Source: an uncultured Verrucomicrobiota bacterium (GTDB lineage: Bacteria; Verrucomicrobiota; CALLYA01; CAYNBQ01). From it: a stretch of 64,000 nucleotides of DNA. Under the pieces are notes generated by a model, which worked only from the letters and a program-made list of their open reading frames with translations, had not been told where the DNA came from and did no database searches. Numbering within the stretch: the stretch's first letter is position 1; every line of letters starts with the position of its first letter. The position numbers and the translations under genes were made by a program. Shown one piece after another: positions 38,012 through 46,853 of the stretch. The DNA lies in contig CAYNBQ010000004.1 of NCBI GenBank assembly GCA_964395275.1, positions 504-64,503 of the forward strand, written 5' to 3'.

Positions 38012-39226
38012 GTGAAACCAGGAACGATCCGTCCGGCCGCCGCCGCGCTTTTCCCCCTTTTCTTCGCCGCCGCAGCCGTCTTCGCACAGCGACCCGACAT
38101 CGAGGTCGTCAAGAGCCCGACGAGCCGGCCCCGGCTGGCGATCGGCCCCTTCTCGGGCGACCAGGGCAAGGCCCTGGCCGAGATCGTCCGCAACGATCTC
38201 GCGATCAACGGATCGTTCGAAATGGCCGCCCCGGCGTCCGCGGACTACATCGTCCGGGGATCGGCCGAGTCGAAGGGAGGCTCGCCCGCGGCCGTCTGCC
38301 GGATCTTCGCCGGGGGGACAACCCGCCAGATCCAGGGCCGCAGCTACAAGGGAGGCGATCTCCGGGCCCTGGCCCACCGGATCAGCGACGACATCGTCGA
38401 AACGCTCACCGACCTCAAGGGAATCGCCCGGACGAAGATCGCCTTCATCTCGAACCGGACCGGCAAGAAAGAACTTTACATCATGGACTACGACGGGCAC
38501 CGGGTCCGGCAGTTGACCCGCGACCGGTCGATCAGCGTCGCGCCGGCCTGGACCCCGGACGGACGGAAAATCGTCTACACCTCCTACCGGCTCGGCTGGC
38601 CGGACGTCTACCTGATCGATCTGGCCGCAGGAAAACGGCGGCGGATCTCGGCCTTCCCCGGGTTGAACAGCGGGGCCGCCGTCTCGCCGGACGGCCGGTG
38701 GATCGCCCTGACCCTGAGCCGGGACCGCAATCCCGAACTCTACCTGCTGCCCCTGACCGGCGGCACCCCGCGGCGGCTGACCCGAACCCCCCGGGCCGGG
38801 GAGGCCTCGCCGACATGGTCGCCCGACGGCCGCCGGATCGCCTACGTGTCCGACATGGCCGGCACGCCCCAACTGTACATGATCTCCTCCAACGGCGGCG
38901 CGCCCCAGCGGATCACGCGCACCGGCAGCGAGAACGTCGAACCGGACTGGTCGAGGGCGAACGGGCTGATCGCCTTCGTGACGCGGCGGGGCGGCCGGTA
39001 CCGGACCGCCCTCTACGACCCGAACACGCGCGAGGCGCGTATCCTGACGCCGGCCGACGCCGACTACCAGGATCCCTCCTGGGCGCCCGACGGGGTCCAC
39101 CTGGTCTGCAGCCGCACGGTCCGGTACCGGTCCGACCTGGTGATTCTGGACACCCGCGACGGAAAGATCGTTCCGATCACGCGGAACATGGGCGACTGCC
39201 ATTCCCCGGCCTGGTCGCCGCGCTGA
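38012..39226 (+). CDS. tolB: Tol-Pal system beta-propeller protein TolB
   Basis: Signal peptide, TolB N-terminal domain and six-bladed WD40-like repeats (PAWTPDGRKIVYTS, AAVSPDGRWIALT, ASPTWSPDGRRIAYVS…). GTG start 1 nt after the tolA stop. Confidence 0.9.
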   Translation: MKPGTIRPAAAALFPLFFAAAAVFAQRPDIEVVKSPTSRPRLAIGPFSGDQGKALAEIVRNDLAINGSFEMAAPASADYIVRGSAESKGGSPAAVCRIFAGGTTRQIQGRSYKGGDLRALAHRISDDIVETLTDLKGIARTKIAFISNRTGKKELYIMDYDGHRVRQLTRDRSISVAPAWTPDGRKIVYTSYRLGWPDVYLIDLAAGKRRRISAFPGLNSGAAVSPDGRWIALTLSRDRNPELYLLPLTGGTPRRLTRTPRAGEASPTWSPDGRRIAYVSDMAGTPQLYMISSNGGAPQRITRTGSENVEPDWSRANGLIAFVTRRGGRYRTALYDPNTREARILTPADADYQDPSWAPDGVHLVCSRTVRYRSDLVILDTRDGKIVPITRNMGDCHSPAWSPR

Positions 39227-39567
39227 TCGACCCGGACGAGGCGCGGAGGATCCCGACCCGCGAAGGACGACCTGCCGGAGCCGGAACGCCCCCGTTTCCC
39301 TTGCGCGACGCGGATTCGCCTCCGCAACGCTCTCTTTCGCAGGATTTCGCGGCGGACCGGCCGCCGCCGACCGCCTTGGGACTTGATTCCCCGCATTTCA
39401 TGCTCGATTCTGGCAGGTGTCGCGTGCATCGTGACGCCGTGGAACGTATCCTTCCCGCGAAACGGACCGGGGAGACCGGTTCCCGCGTCGGCAACCCGGC
39501 GGTTGCAGGACGCTTCGATGGGAGAAGTTGCGGGTAAGAAACGGGGGCCTGGGCCCGGGAGGAGTCG

Positions 39568-40128
39568 ATGTCGACCGTACGGAGAATCGGAATCGAACTG
39601 GTCATCGGAATCGTGTTGGTGAGCTTCGTCACCGGATGCGGCAAGCCGAAGACGCGAGCCCAGGAGCGATGGACCCAGGCCGACGGCAGCATTTCCGAAA
39701 TCGAGGATTTCAACACCGGACTGGCCTATGAACCCGGCGTCGAAGACGCCCTCGCCGCGCGTCCCGCCGAAGGCGCGGCCCTGGAAACGATCGAGGGGCA
39801 GTTCCAGAACGTCCTGTTCGACTTCGACAGCGCCGTCATCCGGCCCGATCAGATGCCGGTCCTCGACGCCGTGGCGGATTACCTGCTGCAGAATCCGGAC
39901 GAGTACGTGCTGATCGAGGGACATTGCGACGAGCGGGGCAGCCGGGAATACAACCTGGCGCTCGGCGAACGCCGCGCACAGGCCGCCCGGGATTATCTCA
40001 TCGCCGCCGGCGTCGATCCCGCGCGAATCCAGACGAGAAGTCTCGGCGAAGAAGACCCGGTCGATCCGGGGCACAACGAGGCCGCGTGGCGGCTGAACCG
40101 CCGGGCGGAATTCCAACTGATCCGGTAG
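39568..40128 (+). CDS. pal: Peptidoglycan-associated lipoprotein Pal (OmpA-C domain)
   Basis: Lipobox (LVSFVTGCG) and OmpA-like domain (NVLFDFDSAVIRPDQMPVLDAVADYL…IEGHCDERGSREYNLALGERRAQA). Confidence 0.9.
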   Translation: MSTVRRIGIELVIGIVLVSFVTGCGKPKTRAQERWTQADGSISEIEDFNTGLAYEPGVEDALAARPAEGAALETIEGQFQNVLFDFDSAVIRPDQMPVLDAVADYLLQNPDEYVLIEGHCDERGSREYNLALGERRAQAARDYLIAAGVDPARIQTRSLGEEDPVDPGHNEAAWRLNRRAEFQLIR

Positions 40129-40216
40129 CCGGCGCCGATCGGCACATCATCCTTCGCAACGATCCCGGAACGGGATGGACGTCCTGCGGCGTTCATCCCG
40201 TTTCTTCGTTGCCGCA

Positions 40217-40669
40217 TCAGCCCCCGGGCTTTCCGCGCCGGGACGGCGATCTCCCGCCGCTCCCGATCCGGATCCCCCGTCCCTCCCGCGGAACGAACAG
40301 ACCCCACACGGCGCACAGCAGCAACAACCCCCAACCCAGGGCCGCCGCCCAGGGGCCGATCGATCGCGGCCCCTGCGCGACATGGGTCAACGCGATCCCC
40401 AGCACCGCCCACGCACCGAGAACCAGGGACGTCCAACGGGAGGACCGCTCCGGCGCGTAGAAGAAGGCGAAAGCCAGGACCCCCACCGACAGGGCCAGGT
40501 GTCCGACGAACCCCGCGCCCGGATCGCGTCCCAGCGTCTCCAGCACACGGTCGTAGCCGGTCCAGTCGGTGAAATGCGAGAAGAAGAGAATCGCCACCCC
40601 TGCGTAGAGCGGGATCTCCCAGGGGCGGATGCGCACGGCGTGGTTCGGCGGGCGGTGAGCGGAGTTCAT
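40217..40669 (-). CDS. Hypothetical 4-TM membrane protein
   Basis: ORF 40217..40759; the likely start is at MNSAHRPP… Four hydrophobic helices, no family recognised. Called on codon bias and placement only. Confidence 0.4.
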   Translation of the reverse strand: MNSAHRPPNHAVRIRPWEIPLYAGVAILFFSHFTDWTGYDRVLETLGRDPGAGFVGHLALSVGVLAFAFFYAPERSSRWTSLVLGAWAVLGIALTHVAQGPRSIGPWAAALGWGLLLLCAVWGLFVPREGRGIRIGSGGRSPSRRGKPGG

Positions 40670-42810
40670 CGATCGGCCGGCCTTTCGGAGGGTTGGCTCT
40701 CGGTCGCCGCACGCGATCCGCGCATCATCAGGTCGAGCACGTCCGATTCCGGTACCCACCGCACAGCGCCGTCGAGAAAGAGCACCGAACGTCCGCGACG
40801 CGATCCCCTGCCGTCCCGAATCACCACCGGAATCACGGACGGATTCTCGACTTTCGCAGGCCGGATCCCGGGACAGAGGTAGAGATACGATCCGCCCCAG
40901 GGGGTTTCCAGGATCCCCGGATCCGGAAGATATTTCGGAACGAGATCCTTCAGCCGGGCCGGGTACCGGCCTCCGTGATCGGCTCCGTACGATTCCAGCG
41001 CCGCCCCAACGGCGGCGAGTTTCGCCTGCGAGGCCGATCGGCGCGCCCGATCCCTAGCGCGCGCCAGCACCGGCCACGCGATCGCCGCGCCGAGGGACGA
41101 CACCGTTGGGTCCATCGGGTTTCCCGCTCCCAGAAAACCGACGGGGGATTCCCATTCGAAACGCACCGCGTCCCCCTCGGTCCATCGCCAGGCGAACGCC
41201 GGTTCGAGATACGGCGTCAGCGATTCCGGCCGGGGAAGGTTCGACGGATCCATGGTCCCGCCCGCGGCTGCGGCGATCACCGGCGCCGCGACAAGCAGCG
41301 AACCGTAGATCCCCGGCAACGTGCGGCCGAGGTCTTCCCACTGGAGCCAGGTTACCCCCCGGTCCTTCAGAGCGGCCCAACGCGCGGCGAAGGCTTCATC
41401 ATCCAGGATCGATCCGTCGGAACGGGGGTCCCGCGCGAGTTCGGCGCGGCAGACCTCCGGATGCAGGGAGACGACGACCCGGCCGCCGCCGACGCCGACC
41501 GACGGGACGAACCATCCCGCGCCCGCAAGGGACCAGATCTCCGCGTCCCCGTCCCCGGACCGCTCGATCCGCCAGGCGGCCGTCCGGGGGTTCCCCGCCC
41601 CCCGCTTCGCCCAGACCTCGGAAAGATGCGCCAGGAGCCGGCCCAGCGACGTGCGGAAGGCGTCCTCGTCGCGCAGAGTCCACGCGGCCGTCGATCCCGC
41701 GAAGCTCGAAGGGAAAAGCCCTCCCGCGCCGGCGGTCGATGCCGGCGACGCATAGAAGAACCCCGTGTCCCCAAGGGCCTCCACCAGATCCCGCTGAAGA
41801 TCCACCCCCGTGGCCTCGAAAAGACGAGTCGACGCCGCGGCGATCCGCAGGACCGTCTCCGGACGAGCCGCGACCAGGCCGTTCATGACGTAGTCCCACC
41901 AGGGCTTGAGATCGAAACGGACCACCGAAAAGGCCGCCGCGCCTGCGGGCACCCGGCGGAGATCGTCGTCGGTGATCGGCCGTTCCTCGAAGAGGCCGCG
42001 CAACCGCCCTTCGCCGTCTTCGGTCCCGCGAAACCGCAACATCCCCGCTCCCCGGATCCTCGAACCGTCGAAACCGATCTTCACGACGAACCGATCCAGT
42101 TCGTCCAGGGAAAACGCCCCGGCGATCCGCGCGATCTTCGGCTGCGCCGCCCGGAGGTAGGAGACGATCTCCGAGACATCCAAGAAGACCTCCGCCACGG
42201 GCCGCCCCGTCTCCAGCCCGGCGAAAGTCTCCCCGATCCGGGGATCGAGCCGGTCGGAACTCAGCGCCTCGACCAGCAGATCCGGGTTCGAAGCGCTGAC
42301 CAACCGATCCCCCGCGGCCGCGAACCAGTCGGCGCCTTCCCGGCCGACGACGTGAAACGCCTCGATCTTCCCGTCCCCGATCGTCCGGTTCTCGACCCCG
42401 TCCTCTCCCATCTCTGCGGCAAGGGCGTCGCGCAGCCGGCCCCGAAAGAGCTCGGCCCGGTCCCCCACCTCCGCGCTGAGCACGAGTTCCGCGGATCCGC
42501 TCCCTTCCAGGGGCGGATAGATGCCCACGGCCCACGGCGCCGACAGAAACGCCTTGAGGGTGTCGATCGTCTCGGGGTCCCCGATCCGGCCCCGGATCGT
42601 TTCGCCGAGACTCCGAATCGACGGAGCGATGTCCGGATCGTTCAGCATCCGACCCAGCCCCGTTTCGGCGAACCCCGGCCGGACGGACTCGACCCCTTCG
42701 AACCGGACCAGCAACCACGGGCGTCCCGGCAACGCGGGCGCCGCCGTCAGCGACGGACCCAGCGCCATCACGATCAGCAACCACCCACCGGCCGTCCGTC
42801 GTCGTTTCAT
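40666..42810 (-). CDS. Secreted protein with a large N-terminal domain of unknown function and a C-terminal pseudopilin-like (GspG / H-X9-DG-type) domain
   Basis: Signal peptide (MKRRRTAGGWLLIVMALGPSLTAAPA). The C-terminal ~130 aa resemble T2SS GspG / PVC-type pseudopilin C-termini (ARARDRARRSASQAKLAAVGAALESYGADHGGRYP…PWGGSYLYLCPG…SVLFLDGAVRWV). Confidence 0.7.
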   Translation of the reverse strand: MKRRRTAGGWLLIVMALGPSLTAAPALPGRPWLLVRFEGVESVRPGFAETGLGRMLNDPDIAPSIRSLGETIRGRIGDPETIDTLKAFLSAPWAVGIYPPLEGSGSAELVLSAEVGDRAELFRGRLRDALAAEMGEDGVENRTIGDGKIEAFHVVGREGADWFAAAGDRLVSASNPDLLVEALSSDRLDPRIGETFAGLETGRPVAEVFLDVSEIVSYLRAAQPKIARIAGAFSLDELDRFVVKIGFDGSRIRGAGMLRFRGTEDGEGRLRGLFEERPITDDDLRRVPAGAAAFSVVRFDLKPWWDYVMNGLVAARPETVLRIAAASTRLFEATGVDLQRDLVEALGDTGFFYASPASTAGAGGLFPSSFAGSTAAWTLRDEDAFRTSLGRLLAHLSEVWAKRGAGNPRTAAWRIERSGDGDAEIWSLAGAGWFVPSVGVGGGRVVVSLHPEVCRAELARDPRSDGSILDDEAFAARWAALKDRGVTWLQWEDLGRTLPGIYGSLLVAAPVIAAAAGGTMDPSNLPRPESLTPYLEPAFAWRWTEGDAVRFEWESPVGFLGAGNPMDPTVSSLGAAIAWPVLARARDRARRSASQAKLAAVGAALESYGADHGGRYPARLKDLVPKYLPDPGILETPWGGSYLYLCPGIRPAKVENPSVIPVVIRDGRGSRRGRSVLFLDGAVRWVPESDVLDLMMRGSRAATESQPSERPADR

Positions 42811-43099
42811 CGGATGTCCTCCTGAAAACGGATCCGTAAGTCCCACCCCGCGCTCCCCCGACCCCGGGGATCACCGGGACGTGCGCCGGCGGCCCTTCGT
42901 ACCCGGGAGTCGAATATCCGATATCCGGCGGGGAGTCACCAACAACCGTCGCAAGCCCGCTGTTCCCGCACAGTGGGAACCCCTTCCGGCAGAACAATGA
43001 CACGAGCCAGCGCATACTCCCGCGAAAACCGGGACTGGGAAATCACGGGAGGATGCGATATCATTTCGGTCCGCGGAACGCAGACATGGGGGTTATGCC

Positions 43100-43336
43100 A
43101 TGCCCGAGGTTTTCCGCAGCAGGGGATACGTTTTCTTCTTCTACATAAACGAGGGACACGAGCCGATGCATGTTCACGTGAGGCGCGCCGGAGGGTTCGC
43201 GAAATTCTGGATGCATCCGATCACGCTCGCCTATGCGGAGAACATGAAGGTTCGCGAACTCGCGGCCGCTGAGAAGATGATCCGGGAACATTCGGACCTC
43301 ATCAAGGGGAAGTGGCATGAAGTCTTCGGTCCCTGA
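43100..43336 (+). CDS. DUF4160 domain protein
   Basis: MPEVFRSRGYVFFFYINEGHEPMHVHV… is characteristic of DUF4160. The region is lower in GC than its surroundings. Confidence 0.8.
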   Translation: MPEVFRSRGYVFFFYINEGHEPMHVHVRRAGGFAKFWMHPITLAYAENMKVRELAAAEKMIREHSDLIKGKWHEVFGP

Positions 43337-43577
43337 TCTCCGGACAAGAGCCAGGCGCGTTCGCGTGACCCGAGGGTGGGTCAGCGTCCATCTCAAGGAT
43401 GATCGCGTGATCCGTTTTCCGGTGAGCAAGAGTCGTCGACTCCGCAACGCCACCCTGGATCAACTCCGAAATGTCGAGTTGATCTGCAACGGCACGGGCC
43501 TCCACTGGCCGGACCTGGACGAGGATCTATCGGTGCAGGGAATCCTGGAGGGACGTTTCGATCCTTCGGGCGAGTGA
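43317..43577 (+). CDS. DUF2442 domain protein
   Basis: 86 aa with the DUF2442 pattern (…VHLKDDRVIRFPVSKSRRLRNATLDQLRNVELICNGTGLHWPDLDEDLSV). Overlaps the DUF4160 gene by 20 nt. Confidence 0.75.
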   Translation: MKSSVPDLRTRARRVRVTRGWVSVHLKDDRVIRFPVSKSRRLRNATLDQLRNVELICNGTGLHWPDLDEDLSVQGILEGRFDPSGE

Positions 43578-43843
43578 TGCGCCGCCCATCGCCCGGGACT
43601 GTACCGGACCCCTCCTCACCGATTGATGGCGGGTCGGACGGTTCCGCCGCACAAGACGGCCGTCCCCCCGTCTCAGGAAGGATCCACGAAACCGTCGGGA
43701 CGCGGACCCGCCCTGTTGCGCGCAAGGGCAAGACCCCGCCGCTCGAGACGGCCGATGTCGCCCCTCTCTTGCCAGTTCGGGGTGTCGGCTTTCCCCCCAC
43801 CCTATCCCTCGTCAGAAGCGGCGGCTGCTGGTAGAACCCGGCC

Positions 43844-44362
43844 ATGCGAACGGATTCCCGGAATTCGCATCCCGATCCCGTGCGGAGCGGCCCTTTTCAC
43901 GTGGTTCTCGTGGAACCGGAGATCCCGCCGAACACCGGAACCGTCGCCCGCCTCTGCGCCGCGGTCCGATGCCCCCTGCACCTGGTCGGAGAACTCGGGT
44001 TCCGTCTCGACGAACGCCGCCTGCGCCGCGCGGGCCTCGACTACTGGCCGTGGGTCGATCTGCGATACCACGAATCCCTGGCGACGTATCTCGATTCGCT
44101 TGAGGAATCGGGGGGCCGGCCCTGGCTCTTCACCACCGCCGGAGACCGGCTCTACACGTCGGCGCGGTTCCGGCCGGGCGATCACCTCGTCTTCGGCAGC
44201 GAGACCCGCGGTCTTCCCGCGGAACTCCATGCGCGGTTTCCGGATCGCCGGCTCCGGATCCCGATCCTGGAATCCGCCGTGCGGAGTCTGAACCTCGCGA
44301 CGGCCGTGGCGATCGGGTTGTACGAAGCCCTCCGGCAATGCGGCTTCGATTCCGCAGGATGA
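43844..44362 (+). CDS. trmL: tRNA (cytidine(34)-2'-O)-methyltransferase TrmL (SpoU/TrmH family)
   Basis: FHVVLVEPEIPPNTGTVARLCAA… LVFGSETRGLP… LNLATAVAIGLYEALRQ: SPOUT-class small methyltransferase. Confidence 0.85.
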   Translation: MRTDSRNSHPDPVRSGPFHVVLVEPEIPPNTGTVARLCAAVRCPLHLVGELGFRLDERRLRRAGLDYWPWVDLRYHESLATYLDSLEESGGRPWLFTTAGDRLYTSARFRPGDHLVFGSETRGLPAELHARFPDRRLRIPILESAVRSLNLATAVAIGLYEALRQCGFDSAG

Positions 44363-44369
44363 CGGCGGC

Positions 44370-44765
44370 GTCCGGCTCCACGGGTCGTCCTTCGCGGGAA
44401 TGAAGGGATCGGCCGACCCTACTTCGTCCCATAGGGACTTCGAAGGGCACGGAGGGATCGGCCTCCTGCTCTGGTTTCCATGAACTCCGCCGGAAATCTC
44501 AACAGAGTAGGAGCCCGACCCCGTTCGGGCGATCCGTGCCGCCCCGCATATCGGAATCGGCCGACCCTCCTCCGCCCCGCACCGCAGGCGCAGGGCTTCC
44601 TCCTTCGTCCCGAGGCCGCGGAACTTCCTCCTTCGTCCCGAGGCTCCGGGACTACGGAGGACAAGACGAAGGGCACGGAGGGATCGGCCTCCTACTCTGC
44701 CGACAACGCCGCTCGGATACCCCAAAGTAGGAGCCCCGCGTCTGCGGGGCGATCCGCAGCAACGC
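44370..44765. repeat. Locus B of the same structured repeat family (two full units plus partial units)
   Basis: Carries gatcggcctcct(a/g)ctctg…agtaggagccc(g) and the second hairpin in two variants (gcccga-cccc-gttcgggc; ccccgc-gtct-gcgggg), plus the upstream cttcctccttcgtcccgaggctccggga…ggaggacaagacgaagg module seen at locus A. It lies between convergent trmL and the M50 protease gene. Confidence 0.7.
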
Positions 44766-44806
44766 GGCCTGAAAGGCCGCCGGTCCTCAGCCCGGGGCAA
44801 CCGCCG

Positions 44807-45463
44807 TCAGGCGGGGAACCCCAGGAGCCGCATCATCCCTGCCAGCCCCCAGAAGGCGGCGATGCCCAGCCAACGGCCGAAGTCGAAAACCACGAAGAGA
44901 ACGATCACCGCGAAAAAGCCGTAGCGGCTGATCCGCATGTACGTGGCCGGGCTCATGCGGACGACGTGGCGCAACAGATGCGATCCGTCCAGCGGCGGGA
45001 CGGGAAGCAGGTTGAACAGCCCGAGGAAGATCGAGATCAACGCCATTTCCAGTCCGTACGAAGCGAAGGACTCGATGGCCGACTGCGCCGACGGCAACAG
45101 CAGCGCGATCCGGATCGTCCCCAGGACGAGAAACGCCAGCACCAGGTTCGAGAAGGGCCCGGCCAGGGATACCAGGACGTCGTCCCGCCTCGGATGACGC
45201 ATCCGCGCCGGGTTCACCGGCACCGGTTTTCCCCAGCCGATGATGAAGCCGCCCGTGATCAACCCGAGCAGGGGCAGGATCACCGTGCCCAACCGGTCCA
45301 TGTGGGGAATCGGATCCAGGGTCATCCGCCCGGCCGACTTCGCCGTATCGTCGCCGCACCGGTGGGCCGCCCACGCATGGGCCCACTCGTGCACCGTCAG
45401 GATCGGGATGAACATCAGGTAGCGCAGGGCCACGTCGACCCAGTCGGTCTGCATCAGGTTCAA
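44807..45463 (-). CDS. Site-2 protease family (peptidase M50) membrane metalloprotease
   Basis: HEWAHAWAA (HExxH) in a TM helix and the distal LDGSHLL motif; multi-TM. Confidence 0.8.
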   Translation of the reverse strand: MNLMQTDWVDVALRYLMFIPILTVHEWAHAWAAHRCGDDTAKSAGRMTLDPIPHMDRLGTVILPLLGLITGGFIIGWGKPVPVNPARMRHPRRDDVLVSLAGPFSNLVLAFLVLGTIRIALLLPSAQSAIESFASYGLEMALISIFLGLFNLLPVPPLDGSHLLRHVVRMSPATYMRISRYGFFAVIVLFVVFDFGRWLGIAAFWGLAGMMRLLGFPA

Positions 45464-46779
45464 CGGAGGGTTCCTTCCAGCAGTTCTCCCGCCAGGGCGC
45501 CGCCGTCCAGGACGGACGTCGCGCGCACCCTGCCGAGATCGTTTTCCGACGCCGCCGCCCCGCCGTCGGCCGACACCCGGAGGTAGTTGTCGGTGAGCCC
45601 CCGGGGCCGTCCCGCCGCGTCCCGGTCCTCGAAAAGAACGTCGAGTTCCCGTCCGAGGTGACCTTCGGCGAAGGCGGTCCGCTTGCGGGCCGAGAGTTCC
45701 CTCAGGATCCCCGCCCGTTGGGAAATCACGCGCGGATCCGGACGATCCGGGTACGCGGCTGCGGGCGTCCCCGGTCTCGGCGAAAAGGAAAAGACGTGGA
45801 GATAGGCCAGGGGCAGCCGTTCCACCAGCGAGCGCGTCCGTTCGAACGCCTCCCCGTCCTCGCCCGGAAAGCCGACGATGACGTCGGCGCCGACCGCCAG
45901 CCCCGGGATCCGTTCGACCGCGCGGTTCACGAACGATTCGTATTGCCGGACCCGGTACTTCCGCCGCATCCGTTCCAGGATCCGGTCGTCCCCGCTCTGC
46001 AGCGGCAGGTGCAGATGCCGACAGATCCGGCGGTTCGCCGCCATGCGTTCCAGAACCTCTTCCTCGGCCGTCGCCGGTTCCACGGAACTGATCCGGATCC
46101 GCTCGATGCCTTCGACGGCGGCGAGACGGTCGAGAACGTCGCGCAACCGTCGATCCCCGTCACGGTACGTGCCGATGTTCACCCCCGTAAGGACGATCTC
46201 CCGGTAGCCGCATGCGGCCAGTTCCCTTGCCTCCCGTTCCACGTCCGCCAGGAGACGGCTGCGGGCCGGACCCCGCGCCCGGGGGACGATGCAGTAGGAA
46301 CAGACGAAACTGCAGCCGTCCTGGATCTTCAGGTGCGCGCGGGTGCTCTGCGGATCGTCCGCTGCGCCTTCCTGCGTGAACGGTTCCGGCCCGTTCCGCC
46401 GCGAGGGCCCCGTTTCCCCGGCGGAATCGCCGCGGGTCAACAGGTCCGGGAGTCTCATCTTCTCCGCCGTACCGACGACCCGGTCCACGCCCGGGATCTT
46501 CCCGAGCGCCGCCGGCGCCAGTTCCGCGTAACATCCGGTGACGACGATCCGCGCCCCGGGATGCCGGCGGATCGCCGCGCGGATCGCCTGCCGGCATTTC
46601 TGCTCGCTGACGTGGGTGACCGAACAGGTGTTGATGACGCAGAGATCGGCCGGCTCCTCGAAGGACACGATCCGCCAGCCCCGGCGCCGGAAGGCGTCCA
46701 TGAGCGCGGCGCTCTCGGCCTGGTTCAACCGGCAACCGAGCGTGTGAAAAGAGACGCGGTTCTGGGGATCGTTCGTCAT
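45460..46779 (-). CDS. mtaB: MiaB/MtaB-family radical-SAM methylthiotransferase (tRNA ms2t6A/ms2i6A synthesis)
   Basis: UPF0004 N-terminal domain (FHTLGCRLNQAES), radical SAM CxxxCxxC (CSFVCSYC) and a TRAM-like C-terminus. Lacks the long MiaB-specific insert, which favours MtaB. Stop overlaps the M50 gene start. Confidence 0.85.
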   Translation of the reverse strand: MTNDPQNRVSFHTLGCRLNQAESAALMDAFRRRGWRIVSFEEPADLCVINTCSVTHVSEQKCRQAIRAAIRRHPGARIVVTGCYAELAPAALGKIPGVDRVVGTAEKMRLPDLLTRGDSAGETGPSRRNGPEPFTQEGAADDPQSTRAHLKIQDGCSFVCSYCIVPRARGPARSRLLADVEREARELAACGYREIVLTGVNIGTYRDGDRRLRDVLDRLAAVEGIERIRISSVEPATAEEEVLERMAANRRICRHLHLPLQSGDDRILERMRRKYRVRQYESFVNRAVERIPGLAVGADVIVGFPGEDGEAFERTRSLVERLPLAYLHVFSFSPRPGTPAAAYPDRPDPRVISQRAGILRELSARKRTAFAEGHLGRELDVLFEDRDAAGRPRGLTDNYLRVSADGGAAASENDLGRVRATSVLDGGALAGELLEGTLR

Positions 46780-46853
46780 CGGGACGGGAAACCGTAAGAA
46801 GGGCCGCTTCGAGGGTCAAATCCCCGGACCCCGCCGCGCGGAGAGGCTCGGAA

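Noticed and set aside
39400-39440. Second sigma-54 promoter candidate upstream of pal (tggcaggtgtcgcgtgca)
   Set aside because: The GG-to-GC spacing is off by 2 and the -12 region does not match TTGCW. It is kept only as a remark in the tolB-pal spacer finding.
40162-40210. Terminator after pal (atcccg-gaa-cgggat hairpin)
   Set aside because: The stem is only 6 bp and the T-rich run is ~25 nt away. That is too weak to call with confidence.
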